Below are positions 10,192-20,742 of a stretch of DNA of 64,000 nucleotides, piece after piece. Source of the stretch: Desulfobacterales bacterium (lineage in GTDB: Bacteria > Desulfobacterota > Desulfobacteria > Desulfobacterales > UBA5852); the NCBI GenBank assembly GCA_963674755.2, contig CAXXVS010000003.1:2528001-2592000 (forward strand), written 5' to 3'. Position numbers and translations under genes: made by a program. The notes under the pieces are model-generated. The model saw only the letters and a program-made list of their open reading frames with translations, ran no database searches and was not told the DNA's origin. The stretch's first letter is position 1. Every line of letters begins with the position of its first letter.

Positions 10192-11220
10192 ATGCCTTCC
10201 GATACTGTCTCCTCCGGAACTCCGGCAAGAAAGCGCCCGTGTGTGGTCATTCTGGCCACGGGGGGCACGATTGCCGGAACCGGTACGTCGGCCACCCGGG
10301 CGGGGTACACCTCGGCACGGGTCTCCATCGATGCCATGCTGGCCGCCGTCCCCGAACTTACGGATCTCGCGGCGGTTCAGGGCGAGCAGATCGCCAATGT
10401 GGGCTCCCAGGACATGACGTTCGAGACCATGATCGCCCTGGCCAAGCGCATCAATGCACGGCTGCAGGAAGAAGCGGTGAGCGGGGTCGTGGTCACCCAC
10501 GGCACCGACACCATGGAGGAGACCGCCTTTTTTCTCAACCTGACTGTCAAAAGCCGAAAGCCCGTTGTCATGACGGGTGCCATGCGTCCGGCAACGGCCC
10601 TGAGCGCCGACGGCCCTTTGAATCTCTTCAACGCCGTGGCCGTGGCCGCCGACCCCCGGGCGGCCGGACGCGGCGTGCTGGTGGTGATGAACGACCGCAT
10701 CCACGGCGCCCACTCCTTGAGCAAGACCAACACCACTTCGGTGGAAACCTTCCTGTCGCCCATCAACGGTCTCGTGGGAACGGTGAATTACGGCCAATGC
10801 CAGTATTTCAGGGAACCCTCCCGGCGGCATACCGCGGACAGCGTGTTCTCGCTGGAAGGGGCCGGCGCCCTGCCCCGGGTGGATATTCTTTACGCCTGTG
10901 CCGACATGCCGGCTGATCTGGTGGACTGTTCCGTCGCCCGGGGCGCCCGGGGGATCGTCATCGCCGGGGACGGCAACGGCAACATGAACGCCGCCACCCT
11001 GGAACACGCCGCCCGGGCCGCGGCCCAGGGCATCGTGATCGTGCGCAGCTCCCGGGTGTCCACGGGCACGGTCAGCCGCAACGTCGAAATCGACGACGAC
11101 GGCCTGCAGTTCATTGTCTCCGACGAGCTCAACCCGGCCAAGGCCCGCATTCTGCTAATGCTGGCCCTGTTGGAAAAGCGATCCCTGAAAGAGCTGCAAC
11201 AGCTTTTCTACACTTACTGA
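10192..11220 (+). CDS. L-asparaginase/glutaminase, type II-like
   Basis: ATGGTIAG, NVGSQD, THGTDTMEET, SADGP and LNPAKAR motifs; no obvious signal peptide. Confidence 0.93.
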   Translation: MPSDTVSSGTPARKRPCVVILATGGTIAGTGTSATRAGYTSARVSIDAMLAAVPELTDLAAVQGEQIANVGSQDMTFETMIALAKRINARLQEEAVSGVVVTHGTDTMEETAFFLNLTVKSRKPVVMTGAMRPATALSADGPLNLFNAVAVAADPRAAGRGVLVVMNDRIHGAHSLSKTNTTSVETFLSPINGLVGTVNYGQCQYFREPSRRHTADSVFSLEGAGALPRVDILYACADMPADLVDCSVARGARGIVIAGDGNGNMNAATLEHAARAAAQGIVIVRSSRVSTGTVSRNVEIDDDGLQFIVSDELNPAKARILLMLALLEKRSLKELQQLFYTY

Positions 11221-11471
11221 TCCCTGCCGGATGGCCGAACAGTTCCCGATGATTTCTCTTGACGGAAATGGGCAATTTGATTAGTTCGTATGCTAACAAA
11301 TAGCCGTGTTTCCTGGTGGGAGGCATTTGTCACCCTCCTCCATATACGGTGCACCGGTGCTTGGCGTACCATGCCGACAGCGCGGAGGGCCGGTAGCGGA
11401 TGACCATGCCTGACCTGACGGCGCGCTCAGGTGCCTTACGAAACCGCGATTGCATTGAAAGGGATTTTTTT

Positions 11472-12551
11472 ATGACGGAGACGATTTTTCGCCGGTTGCA
11501 GGAGCGGCTTGATACCTATTCCATGGGCTTTCCAGCCACGGCTTCCGGCATCGAAATCAAGATTTTGCGCCACCTGTTTTCCGAAACGGATGCCGGTATG
11601 TTTTTAGCCATGAGCCACGTCCTGGAAACGCCGGCGTCCGTGGCCGCCCGTCTGGGGCAACCTGTCGATGTCGTGGCGGCCCAGTTGGATGCCATGGCCG
11701 AACGGGGGCTGCTGTTTCGTCTCCGTAAGGAAACCGGTGCCCGTTACGGCGCCATTCCCTTCGTGCACGGGCTGTTCGAGTTTCAGGTGAAGCACCTCGA
11801 CCGGGAATTGGCCCTGATGATGGAGCCGTATGCCGAGGAAGGCTTCGACAAGGCCATGCAGGGGGGCGCCGACTATTTTCTGCGGCCGATACCCGTTCAT
11901 CAGTCCATCGATGCCCGCCACCATGTGGCCGCCTATGACGATGCCGTGGCCATCCTGCAAAGCAAGCCGCGCATCGTGGTGACCGAGTGCATCTGCCGCA
12001 AGCGCATGGACGTGGTCGACCAGAGCTGTGGCAAACCCCTGGAGGCCTGTTTCATGTTCGGCTCCATGGGGCAGTATTACCTCGACCGCGGGATAGGCCG
12101 TGAGGTCTCCCTGGACGAGGCTCTGGCGATCATGGACCAGTGCCGGGAAGCCGGGCTGGTGACCCAGCCGGCCACCGCCCAGAATCCTGCGGGCATGTGC
12201 AATTGCTGCGGCGACTGCTGCGGCGTGCTGGCGGCCTTGAACAAGCACCCCAAACCGGCGGAGTTGGTCATCGCCAACCATCTGGCGCATGTGGTGCCGG
12301 ATGACTGCACCGGCTGCGAGACCTGCCTGGAACGCTGCCAGATGGGCGCTTTGCAGATGACCGAAGAGGAGACGGCCCGGGTAAACCCGGACCGCTGCAT
12401 CGGTTGCGGACTGTGCGTGGTCAGTTGTCCTGCGGAGGCCATCGAACTGGTCGCCAAACCTGAAGAGGAGCGCCGCGTCCCGCCCACCAGCATGGCCGAG
12501 CAGATGGTGCTGCTGGCCCAGAAGCGCGGCCTCGTCTCCGTTCAGAAATAG
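11472..12551 (+). CDS. 4Fe-4S dicluster protein with N-terminal HTH-like region
   Basis: CICR, CNCCGDCC and two CxxCxxCxxxC motifs. Confidence 0.85.
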   Translation: MTETIFRRLQERLDTYSMGFPATASGIEIKILRHLFSETDAGMFLAMSHVLETPASVAARLGQPVDVVAAQLDAMAERGLLFRLRKETGARYGAIPFVHGLFEFQVKHLDRELALMMEPYAEEGFDKAMQGGADYFLRPIPVHQSIDARHHVAAYDDAVAILQSKPRIVVTECICRKRMDVVDQSCGKPLEACFMFGSMGQYYLDRGIGREVSLDEALAIMDQCREAGLVTQPATAQNPAGMCNCCGDCCGVLAALNKHPKPAELVIANHLAHVVPDDCTGCETCLERCQMGALQMTEEETARVNPDRCIGCGLCVVSCPAEAIELVAKPEEERRVPPTSMAEQMVLLAQKRGLVSVQK

Positions 12552-12676
12552 TCTTTTGTGTCCTGACCGGCGTTCTCCGCAGGTTTAGCGGCTGCGGCGT
12601 ACCTGGGTACGCCTCACCGCAAACCTTTGTGCGGCCTTGGTCAGAACCCAAAATCCTTATTGCTGAATCGGAGACG
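12533..12676. mobile_element. MITE/REP-like element (subfamily B, minimal form)
   Basis: Imperfect TIR CGTCTCCG-TTCAGAAATA / TATTGCTGAATCGGAGACG; internal CCGGCGTTCTC, GGCGTAC-N-GTACGCC, GCGGCCTTG and CCAAAATC. Confidence 0.65.
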
Positions 12677-12807
12677 TCTGTTGTTTTTCCAATTCCTGCA
12701 ATGTTAAACTGCGGCGATTTACGCGAGTTGCACGTTAATGCTGCGAGGCATTGAGCGCATTGCGCAGCCGTACGTCAATCCATAACCATTCATGCGGGGG
12801 AGGGGCG

Positions 12808-13785
12808 ATGCTCAAGACACGGATTACGGAGTTTTTCGGAGTCGAGCGGCCCATCGTACAGGGCGGGCTCATGTGGATCGCCCGGGCGGAACTGGCGGCG
12901 GCCGTGGCCAATGCCGGCGGGATCGGCTTCATGACGGCCCTGACCCATCCGGAACCGGAAGGTCTGCGGGCGGAAATCCGCAAGTGCCGGGAGTTGACCG
13001 ATAAGCCCTTCGGCGTCAACCTGACTTTCTTGCCCACCTTGCGGCCGCCGGACTACCCGGCCTATATCCGGGTCTGCATCGAAGAGGGGGTGCGCTTCAT
13101 CGAAACCGCCGGGCGCAACCCGGAGCCCTACATGGAGACCATCAAAGGGGCCGGCATCCGTGTGATCCATAAGTGCACCTCGGTGCGCCATGCGGTCAAG
13201 GCCGAGAAGATCGGCTGCGACGCCGTCAGCATCGACGGCTTCGAGGCCGCCGGCCATCCGGGGGAAGACGACGTCACTTCCCTGATCCTGGTGCCCCTGA
13301 CCCGGGATGCCATCACCCTGCCCATTATCGCTTCGGGCGGGTTTGCCGACGGGCGGGGGCTGGTGGCCGCCCTCGGACTGGGGGCGGACGGCATGAACAT
13401 GGGCACCCGCTTCGTGGCCACCCGGGAGGCGCCGGTGCACGACAATGTCAAACAGGCCCTGGTGGGGCACACGGAGCGCGACACGCGGCTCATCATGCGC
13501 TCCCTGCGCAACACCGAGCGTGTCATGCATAACACCGCTGTGGACAAGGTCCTTGACATTGAATCCCGGGGCAACACCCGGATCGAAGATATCATTCCCT
13601 TCGTCTCCGGCCTGGTGGGCAAGGAGTTGCTGGAAAAGGGCGACCTGGCAAAAGGTACCCTGGCCGCGGGCCAATGCATGGGCCTGATCCGGAACATCCC
13701 CACCTGCAAGGAACTGCTGGACCGCATCATGGCCGAAGCCGAGGGCGTCATCCGCGACAGGTTTTCCGGTGTCTTGCGGCCATGA
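12808..13785 (+). CDS. Nitronate monooxygenase / FabK-like flavin oxidoreductase
   Basis: PIVQGG, TDKPFGVN, DGFEAAGHPG, ASGGFADGRG and MGTRF motifs. Confidence 0.9.
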   Translation: MLKTRITEFFGVERPIVQGGLMWIARAELAAAVANAGGIGFMTALTHPEPEGLRAEIRKCRELTDKPFGVNLTFLPTLRPPDYPAYIRVCIEEGVRFIETAGRNPEPYMETIKGAGIRVIHKCTSVRHAVKAEKIGCDAVSIDGFEAAGHPGEDDVTSLILVPLTRDAITLPIIASGGFADGRGLVAALGLGADGMNMGTRFVATREAPVHDNVKQALVGHTERDTRLIMRSLRNTERVMHNTAVDKVLDIESRGNTRIEDIIPFVSGLVGKELLEKGDLAKGTLAAGQCMGLIRNIPTCKELLDRIMAEAEGVIRDRFSGVLRP

Positions 13786-14060
13786 TGAACCGGAACGTCG
13801 CGAATCCCCCCCCCCCGCACGCCTTCAAGCCACCGCGCCCCTTGCGGCGGCCTGGCAAGCCCCCCTTCCTCTCCAAAACATGCTTGATCCGCACCGCATT
13901 GCCCTGAATGACAAAGCGTTTTAGCCACCTGGCCAATGGCCGTGAAGCGCGGGCGGTTGCCGGGACGCCCTCCACAGCATCACTTCGGGCGGCGGTGGCG
14001 CCATCGACAGGGCCGGGGGGATTTCATTCGCGCGAATTCAGGCGTTCCCGAAAAAATCGC

Positions 14061-14087
14061 TAATCGAAATCGAAATGACGCCGATAT
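14061..14087 (+). promoter_or_regulatory. Candidate sigma28 (FliA) promoter
   Basis: TAAT-N15-GCCGATAT upstream of mcp-cheW. Confidence 0.55.
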
Positions 14088-14254
14088 GCTTTTGGGCGGC
14101 TTAATAACGGGTGGCCGTTTCATGCAAGCGGGGCAACGTCCAATTCGGGGGCGGGCATTGGAATCGTTATCTGAAACGGGTGTGAAGGACTGTGGTTTCG
14201 AATGCGTCCCCGCGGAGGCCATCCCAAAGCAAATTCCGACAATGTGTTAGGAAC

Positions 14255-15880
14255 ATGAATATGAAATGGTTCAGAGATGCAAAAGTGGGCATCAAACTGG
14301 TGCTCGGATTCGCGGTCATGATCGTCATGATGGGCCTCATCGGGTTTTCCGGCTATCGGGGCGTCAGCAAGATCCAGAAGTCGCTGGATGCCATATTTGC
14401 CGTGGCCATGCCGAGCATCGACTACCTGATCGAGGCGGACCGTGACCTCCAACAACTGCTGGTGGCGGAGCGCTCGATGATGTTTGCCGAGGCCGGTTCC
14501 GATGCCTTCAAACAATTCGCCGACGACTACGAAACGAACATGAAGCAGGCGGAAACGCGCTTTGACAAATACAAGGCCCTGGCCACTTCGGCGAAAGAAA
14601 AGGCCCTGATTCCGGAATACGAGAAAGCCCGGGCCGAATGGAAAGCGCTCACGCGCCGGGTCGTCGAGGCCCGCAAGACCGATACCCTGCAAGGGCGGCA
14701 AGAAGCCCTCAATCTCTCATTGGGCGAAGCGGCTGTAAAGTTCGAGGCCATGCGGGATTACATCGATCAATTGACCGGAATCAAGCTTGATCATGCTGAT
14801 GCGGAGCGGCAAAATTCGGCCGCCGCCTACCGCGGGACACTGATTTCCCAAAGTGTTCTGGTGGGTATAGGTCTTCTGGTCGGCATCTTCCTCACATGGG
14901 CCATCAGCCGCTCGGTAACCCAGCCGCTGCGGCGCGTGATCGAACACCTGAAGGCGTCTTCGAATCAGGTGGCCTCCGCCTCGGAACAACTCTCCGCTTC
15001 CAGCCAGAGTCTGGCGGAAGGATCGACGGAACAGGCCGCCGGCATCGAGGAAACCTCGTCCTCCTTGGAGGAAATGGCGTCCATGGCCAAGCAGAATTCG
15101 GACAATGCCGGGCAAGCCGATTCTTTGATGAAAGAGACCAACGGGGTCGTCAAACAGTCCAGCGCGGACATGGCGGAGCTGACCGGATCCATGGATGAAA
15201 TTTCCAAAGCCAGCGAGGAGACCCAGAAGATCGTCAAAACCATCGACGAAATCGCCTTCCAGACCAATCTGCTGGCCTTGAACGCGGCTGTCGAGGCGGC
15301 CCGTGCGGGTGAGGCCGGTGCCGGGTTCGCCGTGGTGGCCGACGAGGTGCGCAATCTGGCGATCCGGGCGGCCGAGGCCGCCAGGAACACCTCGGACCTC
15401 ATCGAGGGGACCTCCCAGAAAATCCAGAGTGGCGCTTCCCTGGTGGGGAGGACCAACACAGGCTTCCAGGCGATTTCCGAATCGGCATCCAAGGTGGGTG
15501 ACCTGGTGGCTGAAATTGCGGCGGCATCCAATGAACAGGCCCAGGGTGTGGACCAGATCAACAATGCCGTCGTCGAGATGGACAAGGTGGTCCAGAACAA
15601 CGCTGCCTCGGCGGAGGAGTCGGCGTCTTCCTCCCAGGAAATGATTGTCCAGGCCGAGCAGATGAAGGGCATGGTGGCGGAGCTGGTAGGCCTGGTCGAG
15701 GGACGCCGGAATACGCCGGCCGCGGCCACGCGAGGCGCCTCACAAACCCGTTCGGGGTTTGTCTCAAAGGCAGGCACGGGTGCCGCATCCCCCCGCAAGG
15801 CAACCGTCTCCTCCCCGTCTTCACGGACGCCGGAGCAGATGATTCCTTTGGATGACGCGGAAGCGTTCAGCGAATTTTAA
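14255..15880 (+). CDS. Methyl-accepting chemotaxis protein with four-helix-bundle sensor
   Basis: TM-helical sensor-TM layout; signalling hairpin nearly identical to the one at 4004-6127. Confidence 0.95.
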   Translation: MNMKWFRDAKVGIKLVLGFAVMIVMMGLIGFSGYRGVSKIQKSLDAIFAVAMPSIDYLIEADRDLQQLLVAERSMMFAEAGSDAFKQFADDYETNMKQAETRFDKYKALATSAKEKALIPEYEKARAEWKALTRRVVEARKTDTLQGRQEALNLSLGEAAVKFEAMRDYIDQLTGIKLDHADAERQNSAAAYRGTLISQSVLVGIGLLVGIFLTWAISRSVTQPLRRVIEHLKASSNQVASASEQLSASSQSLAEGSTEQAAGIEETSSSLEEMASMAKQNSDNAGQADSLMKETNGVVKQSSADMAELTGSMDEISKASEETQKIVKTIDEIAFQTNLLALNAAVEAARAGEAGAGFAVVADEVRNLAIRAAEAARNTSDLIEGTSQKIQSGASLVGRTNTGFQAISESASKVGDLVAEIAAASNEQAQGVDQINNAVVEMDKVVQNNAASAEESASSSQEMIVQAEQMKGMVAELVGLVEGRRNTPAAATRGASQTRSGFVSKAGTGAASPRKATVSSPSSRTPEQMIPLDDAEAFSEF

Positions 15881-15897
15881 ATGACCCTCGCACCCGG

Positions 15898-15956
15898 ACC
15901 GGTGAACCGCAGCACCTGATTTTGCTTGCGGTCCACCGGTGGTTTTCATTTTTTTG
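15898..15956 (+). terminator. Stem-loop with T tract between mcp and cheW
   Basis: ACCGGTG-A-ACCGCA...TGCGGT-C-CACCGGT followed by GGTTTTCATTTTTTT. Confidence 0.45.
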
Positions 15957-15970
15957 AAAGGAATGGCAAA

Positions 15971-16444
15971 ATGGATACAACCAAGGCAGGCAAATATCTG
16001 ACGTTCAAATTGGCCGATGAGGATTACGGCCTATCCCTCCTTAAAGTTCGCGAAATCATTGGCATGATGCCCATCACCAGCGTGCCCCGCACCCCCGATT
16101 TCGTCAAAGGGGTGATCAATCTGCGGGGCAAGGTCATTCCGGTTACGGATCTGAGGCGGCGTTTCGACATGCCGGAGATCGGCTACACGGACCGCACCTG
16201 CATCATCGTGGTGGAGATCCAGACGGCGGAGAGCACCCTTCAGATGGGCATCGTGGTGGATGCCGTCACCGAGGTGCTCCCCGTGCGCGAGGAGGAAATC
16301 GAACCGGCGCCCGAGTTCGGCGCCAGCGTGGACACCCGCTACATCCTGGGGATGGCCAATATGGAAGGCGCCGTCAAAATCCTGCTGGACATCGACCGGG
16401 TGCTCACCACAGAAGAAATTGCGGAAATCGAGAAGGCTGCCTGA
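15971..16444 (+). CDS. cheW: Chemotaxis coupling protein CheW
   Basis: YLTFKL, VREII, VPRTPDFVKGVINLRGKVIPV, GIVVDAVTEV. Confidence 0.95.
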   Translation: MDTTKAGKYLTFKLADEDYGLSLLKVREIIGMMPITSVPRTPDFVKGVINLRGKVIPVTDLRRRFDMPEIGYTDRTCIIVVEIQTAESTLQMGIVVDAVTEVLPVREEEIEPAPEFGASVDTRYILGMANMEGAVKILLDIDRVLTTEEIAEIEKAA

Positions 16445-16519
16445 CATGATCGACGAAGGATGCTCAAGCCAATATTCGGTATGGCGGTAAGCAACTCGCC
16501 GTCCAACCCCAAATGATAG

Positions 16520-16546
16520 CGGCCGACGCCAGATTGGCGTCGGCCG
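16520..16546. terminator. Perfect 12-bp hairpin between convergent genes
   Basis: CGGCCGACGCCA-GAT-TGGCGTCGGCCG. Confidence 0.55.
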
Positions 16547-16615
16547 TTGTGTTGCGCGAGCCGGGATTTCACTATTTTCCCGCGCTTTCGAGAACGGATC
16601 GACGATGATGCCGAC

Positions 16616-18034
16616 CTATAATGCGTACAAATAATCGAAAAAGCCGTACATGATTTCGGTCATCTGACGGTTGCCATCCACCGTGCCGGCCATGCCATAC
16701 AGCGCGGTGGTTTCCGCAGTGGTGCCGGCTTTGTCCCGGGCGTAGGCCACCCCCTCCCGCAAGTCCGCCAGGAATTGTCCGGCCACCCCGGGGGTGAAGG
16801 TCTGGGGCATGGTGACACAGAAGTGCAGGGCCGGCGGAAGCTGCAGCACGTTGAAGCGCCAGCCCCGGGTCTTCATGAAGTCGTTGACGTGATAGATATC
16901 CACTTCATCGGAACGGAAGCTGATCACGAAAGTGGGGTCGCCGATGAGGGTCAGCTCGGGCATGGCCGCGATGCCCTGCTTGATGTCGTCGGCCACGGCC
17001 ATGATGCCCCGCACCGCCTCCAGATAGCCCTCTTCGCCCAGGTAGACCATCGAGGCCCAGGTGGCCGCGGTCAGTCCGCCGGAGCGGCTGCCCGAGGCGG
17101 TGGGGGAGGCATACATGCCGCCGGGCCAGTCCGGGACGCCGAAGTACTGGTGGCGGCGGAAGATATTCTTACGGTAGAGGACCACCGAGGTGCCCTTGAG
17201 GGCAAAGCCGTACTTGTGGGTGTCGGCCGACATTGAGGTGACCCCCGGCAGCCGGAAATCGAAGGGCGGGATCGGGTATCCCAGCTTTTCGATCCAGGGC
17301 AGGATAAAGCCCCCCAGGCAGCCGTCCACGTGCATGCCGATCCCGCGGTCCAGGGCCAGGTCGGAAAGATCTTCCAGGGGATCGATCAGGCCGTAGGGAT
17401 AATTGCCGGCGCTGCCCACGATGGCGATGGTGTTGGGGGTGATGCGGGCGGCCACGGCGGCGGGGTCCACCCGGAAATCGGGTTCGGCCACCGGGACGTG
17501 GACCATCTCGATCCCGAAGTACTGGCCGGCCTTGTCGAAGGCCGGGTGGGCCGTGTGGGGCATGATGATTTCCGGGGCGGTGATGCCTTTCTCCGCCCGG
17601 GCCCAGTCCCGGTAGGCTTTCATGGCCATGATGATACTTTCGGTGCCCCCCGAGGTGAGGGTCCCGCAGACCTGGTCTTCCGGGTTGGCCGCCGCCGCGG
17701 CATCGCCGTTAAGCATGCGGGCCGTCATGGCGATGATTTCGCTCTCCAGCTTGAACATGCTCGGGCAGAGGTCGAACTGGATGGTGTTCTCATGGGAGAA
17801 CAAGGCGAAGACCTTGTTCAAAAAAGCCCGGTGCGCTTCACCCCCATGGTAGAAGGTACCCGAGATACGGCCGCCCTGCCAGCGGGCGTTTTCTTCCCGG
17901 GCCATGACGGACAATTCCTGGAAGATGTCATCTTTGGCGCGCCCTTGGTCGGGAATGCGGTCGTGGGTTGCAAAGCGTCCCTTGTAGGGTTTCAAGGGGT
18001 CGGCAGGCTGTGTGGCCTCGTTGGAATCCGTCAT
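16616..18034 (-). CDS. Sphingosine-1-phosphate lyase-like PLP enzyme (group II decarboxylase fold)
   Basis: SGTFYHG, TSGGTESI, AHPAFDKA, HVDGCLGGF, SADTHKYG (PLP Lys) and GSRSG. Confidence 0.85.
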   Translation of the reverse strand: MTDSNEATQPADPLKPYKGRFATHDRIPDQGRAKDDIFQELSVMAREENARWQGGRISGTFYHGGEAHRAFLNKVFALFSHENTIQFDLCPSMFKLESEIIAMTARMLNGDAAAAANPEDQVCGTLTSGGTESIIMAMKAYRDWARAEKGITAPEIIMPHTAHPAFDKAGQYFGIEMVHVPVAEPDFRVDPAAVAARITPNTIAIVGSAGNYPYGLIDPLEDLSDLALDRGIGMHVDGCLGGFILPWIEKLGYPIPPFDFRLPGVTSMSADTHKYGFALKGTSVVLYRKNIFRRHQYFGVPDWPGGMYASPTASGSRSGGLTAATWASMVYLGEEGYLEAVRGIMAVADDIKQGIAAMPELTLIGDPTFVISFRSDEVDIYHVNDFMKTRGWRFNVLQLPPALHFCVTMPQTFTPGVAGQFLADLREGVAYARDKAGTTAETTALYGMAGTVDGNRQMTEIMYGFFDYLYAL

Positions 18035-18049
18035 GGGGTATCCTTCCTT

Positions 18050-19663
18050 TCAGTTGCGGGTCTCAGCGTTCAGGGCCGTGAAGATAGGCTTGTTGCGTTT
18101 AAAAAGCCGCCGGTACTGGCGATAGAGCTTATCGTACAATGTTTGGTGGTCGGGGTTCGGTTCGAAGACCTGTTTGATCGCCACCCGCCGGGGGATGTCC
18201 TCCAGGGTGAGATGTCCCAAAGCCGACAGCGCCAGAAAGGCGGTCCCCCGGACGGTGGCATTGACCGGGTCGGCCACCTGGAGGATCGGCACCTGCAGGA
18301 CGTCGGCGTGGATCTGACACCAGAGGTCCGACAGGGCGCCGCCGCCGGACAGGCGGAAACGGGGGATGGGGCGTCCGATGAATTTTTCTGCGGGACGGCG
18401 CGTCCAGCGGTTGTTGTAGGCCAGGGCTTCCATGACGGCCCGGGCCATGTGCCGGCGGGTGGTGTTGAAGGACAGGTTCATGAAACCGCCCCGGACCTGC
18501 GGGGCTTCGCTGGGCACGATGGCCCCGTTCAGCCAGGGCAGAAAAATGACCCCGCCGCTGCCGGCCGGCGCCCGGGCGGACATGGCGTTGAAGCGGTGAT
18601 AGGCGTCGTCGGGTATGGGGTCGGTCTGGAAATCGTCCTCCGGGTAGACCATCTGCCGCAGAAAGAAGTCCACGCACTTGCCGCCGGCCCCCTGTTCCCC
18701 CAGAAGATAATAGCGGTCAGGCAGCGGGCTGGGCAGCGATGTCATGAAATGGGTCAGGTCCGTTTTCTTGAAAGGCAGGTGGCAGGTCATATACAGGGAT
18801 GAGCCGATGGAGATGATGCTCTCGAAGTCTTCCACCGCCCCCGAGCCGATCAGGGTGGCGTTGGAGTCGGCGATTCCGGCCACCACCGGTGTCGCAGGGT
18901 GCAGCCCGAGATCGTGCGCCACGCCGGCCTCCATGGGACCCACCACCCCGTCGTTGGCAATGAGGGCCGGAAACTTATCTTTTACCAGACCGGCCCGCCG
19001 CAGCAGGTCGTCGCTGTAGACGGTGCCGCCCCAGCGGCGGTTGTCCGTCAGGGCGAAGGGGGCCATGGTTTTCTGGGTGGCCGTGATGCGGCCCGTCAGG
19101 CGGCTGGTGATAAAATCCATGGGTTCCAGAAAGGCCCGGGTGCGAGCATAGATCTCGGGATGGGCATGCTTGATGAAGAGGACATGGCCCAGGGAGTCCA
19201 CGCCGGACAGGGTGGGCACCAGGCCGGTCAGCCGGATCCAGCGCAGCAGGTTGAACAGCCCGTATCCGGCAACCCGGGGAAAGCCCCGCATGAGCGCACG
19301 GTTGTGAACGCCGCCGCGGGTGTCCATCCAGTGGATGGCCCGCATCAGGGGGACACCCCGGTCATCCACCGGCACCACCACCGACCACTGGGAATCGCAG
19401 GCCACGGCCGCAATGGCCCCGGGGGCGAGTCCGGAGCGGGTCATCACTTCCCGGATGGTGCGACGGGTGCCTTCCCACCATTCCCGGGGATCCTGCTCGG
19501 CTCCGCCGCCGGGCAGGAGGTGGGTGCTGACCGGCGCTTCCGCGCTCGCCACCACCGCCCCGCTGTCGGCTACGATGGCGGTTTTAAGGGTGCTGCTGCC
19601 CAGGTCGATGGCCAGGACGTAATGGCGATGCCCCTTGCCGGGCGTATCGGGTGCGCTCTTCAT
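18050..19663 (-). CDS. FGGY family carbohydrate kinase (xylulokinase-like)
   Basis: IDLGSSTLK, AEQDPxEWW, IHWMDTR, SGGGALSDLWCQIHADVL. Confidence 0.9.
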   Translation of the reverse strand: MKSAPDTPGKGHRHYVLAIDLGSSTLKTAIVADSGAVVASAEAPVSTHLLPGGGAEQDPREWWEGTRRTIREVMTRSGLAPGAIAAVACDSQWSVVVPVDDRGVPLMRAIHWMDTRGGVHNRALMRGFPRVAGYGLFNLLRWIRLTGLVPTLSGVDSLGHVLFIKHAHPEIYARTRAFLEPMDFITSRLTGRITATQKTMAPFALTDNRRWGGTVYSDDLLRRAGLVKDKFPALIANDGVVGPMEAGVAHDLGLHPATPVVAGIADSNATLIGSGAVEDFESIISIGSSLYMTCHLPFKKTDLTHFMTSLPSPLPDRYYLLGEQGAGGKCVDFFLRQMVYPEDDFQTDPIPDDAYHRFNAMSARAPAGSGGVIFLPWLNGAIVPSEAPQVRGGFMNLSFNTTRRHMARAVMEALAYNNRWTRRPAEKFIGRPIPRFRLSGGGALSDLWCQIHADVLQVPILQVADPVNATVRGTAFLALSALGHLTLEDIPRRVAIKQVFEPNPDHQTLYDKLYRQYRRLFKRNKPIFTALNAETRN

Positions 19664-19914
19664 CCCGCGTGAAGTTTCCTTGGGGTGTGTGCCGGTTCCA
19701 CGTCAAAGGTCACCGGATTTTCAATCCATATGGGGTATATTGTCAATGAAATAGAGGAGATTTCTGCTGCCGCTGCCCTATTCGGCAGGCAGCGCCCATG
19801 GAAAAGGCCCCCCGGTTGTGCTATTGCCACCCCGTCAACGATGACCCCGGAGACCCGTCGGCGTTTACCCCATCCAGGGGAGCCGCACGGACGGGAATGA
19901 TCAGCGAGGATCCC

Positions 19915-20742
19915 ATGGCCAAGATGAACAATTTAATGGAGCTTTTTCGACTGCTTGACAAATCCAACTGCCGCAAGTGCAACGAGAAGACCTGTCTGGC
20001 CTTTGCGGCGGCCGTTTTCCAGGGCCGCAAGGACATCACGGAATGCCCCAAACTCACGCCGGAGATTATCACCCGGTTTTCCGATTCGCCCATATCAGGA
20101 CGCACAGCGACCATCGAAGAAAACCGGGACGAATACCTGGCGACCCTGAAGCAGCAAATCGGCGGTATCGATCTGGCCGAGGCGGTCGCGCGCACCGGCG
20201 GCCGACTCAACGGGGACCGGCTGACCCTCAAAATCATGGGCAAGGATTTCAGCGTGGACCGGCAGGGCAACCTCTATGCCGATATCCACGTCAACCCCTG
20301 GGTGGCCATGCCGTTTCTCGATTACGTGCTGCATGGCGAGGGGGTGAGCCCCACCGGCAATTGGGTGTCCCTGCGGGAACTCAGGGAGGGCGGCGAGCGC
20401 TATCCGCTGTTCCAGAAGCGCTGCGAGGAGGCCATGAAACGGGTGGCCGACACCTATCCGGAGCTCTTCGACGACCTGGTGCATATTTTCAGCGGCCGGC
20501 AGGTGGCCGAACAGTTCGCCGCGGACATATCGGTGGTTCTGGACCCGCTGCCCAAGGTGCCCGTCATGATCTGCTACTGGCGGCCGGAAGACGGGCTGGC
20601 CTCCACCCTGAACGTCTTCTTCGACGAGACCGCCGACCGCAACCTGGATACCGGATCGCTTTTTTCCCTGGGAGCGGGGCTGACCACCATGTTCGAGAAG
20701 CTGGCCCTGCGGCACGGCTTCAGTGAATTGGCATCTTCTTGA
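19915..20742 (+). CDS. Fe-S (CxxCxxxxC...CP) plus DUF3786-like protein
   Basis: LDKSNCRKCNEKTCLAFA...CP N-terminus; PLPKVP...W..ED C-terminal region. Confidence 0.75.
   Translation: MAKMNNLMELFRLLDKSNCRKCNEKTCLAFAAAVFQGRKDITECPKLTPEIITRFSDSPISGRTATIEENRDEYLATLKQQIGGIDLAEAVARTGGRLNGDRLTLKIMGKDFSVDRQGNLYADIHVNPWVAMPFLDYVLHGEGVSPTGNWVSLRELREGGERYPLFQKRCEEAMKRVADTYPELFDDLVHIFSGRQVAEQFAADISVVLDPLPKVPVMICYWRPEDGLASTLNVFFDETADRNLDTGSLFSLGAGLTTMFEKLALRHGFSELASS

Noticed and set aside
11300..11470. Possible glycine or other riboswitch in the long leader (contains CTCAGGT)
   Set aside because: Companion conserved motifs not found; an Rfam scan would be needed
13806..13816. C11 homopolymer as a phase-variation switch
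   Set aside because: Intergenic, just after a stop codon and about 250 bp from the candidate promoter
14128..14213. c-di-GMP riboswitch in the MCP leader
   Set aside because: Some pairing is possible, but the GEMM consensus elements are absent
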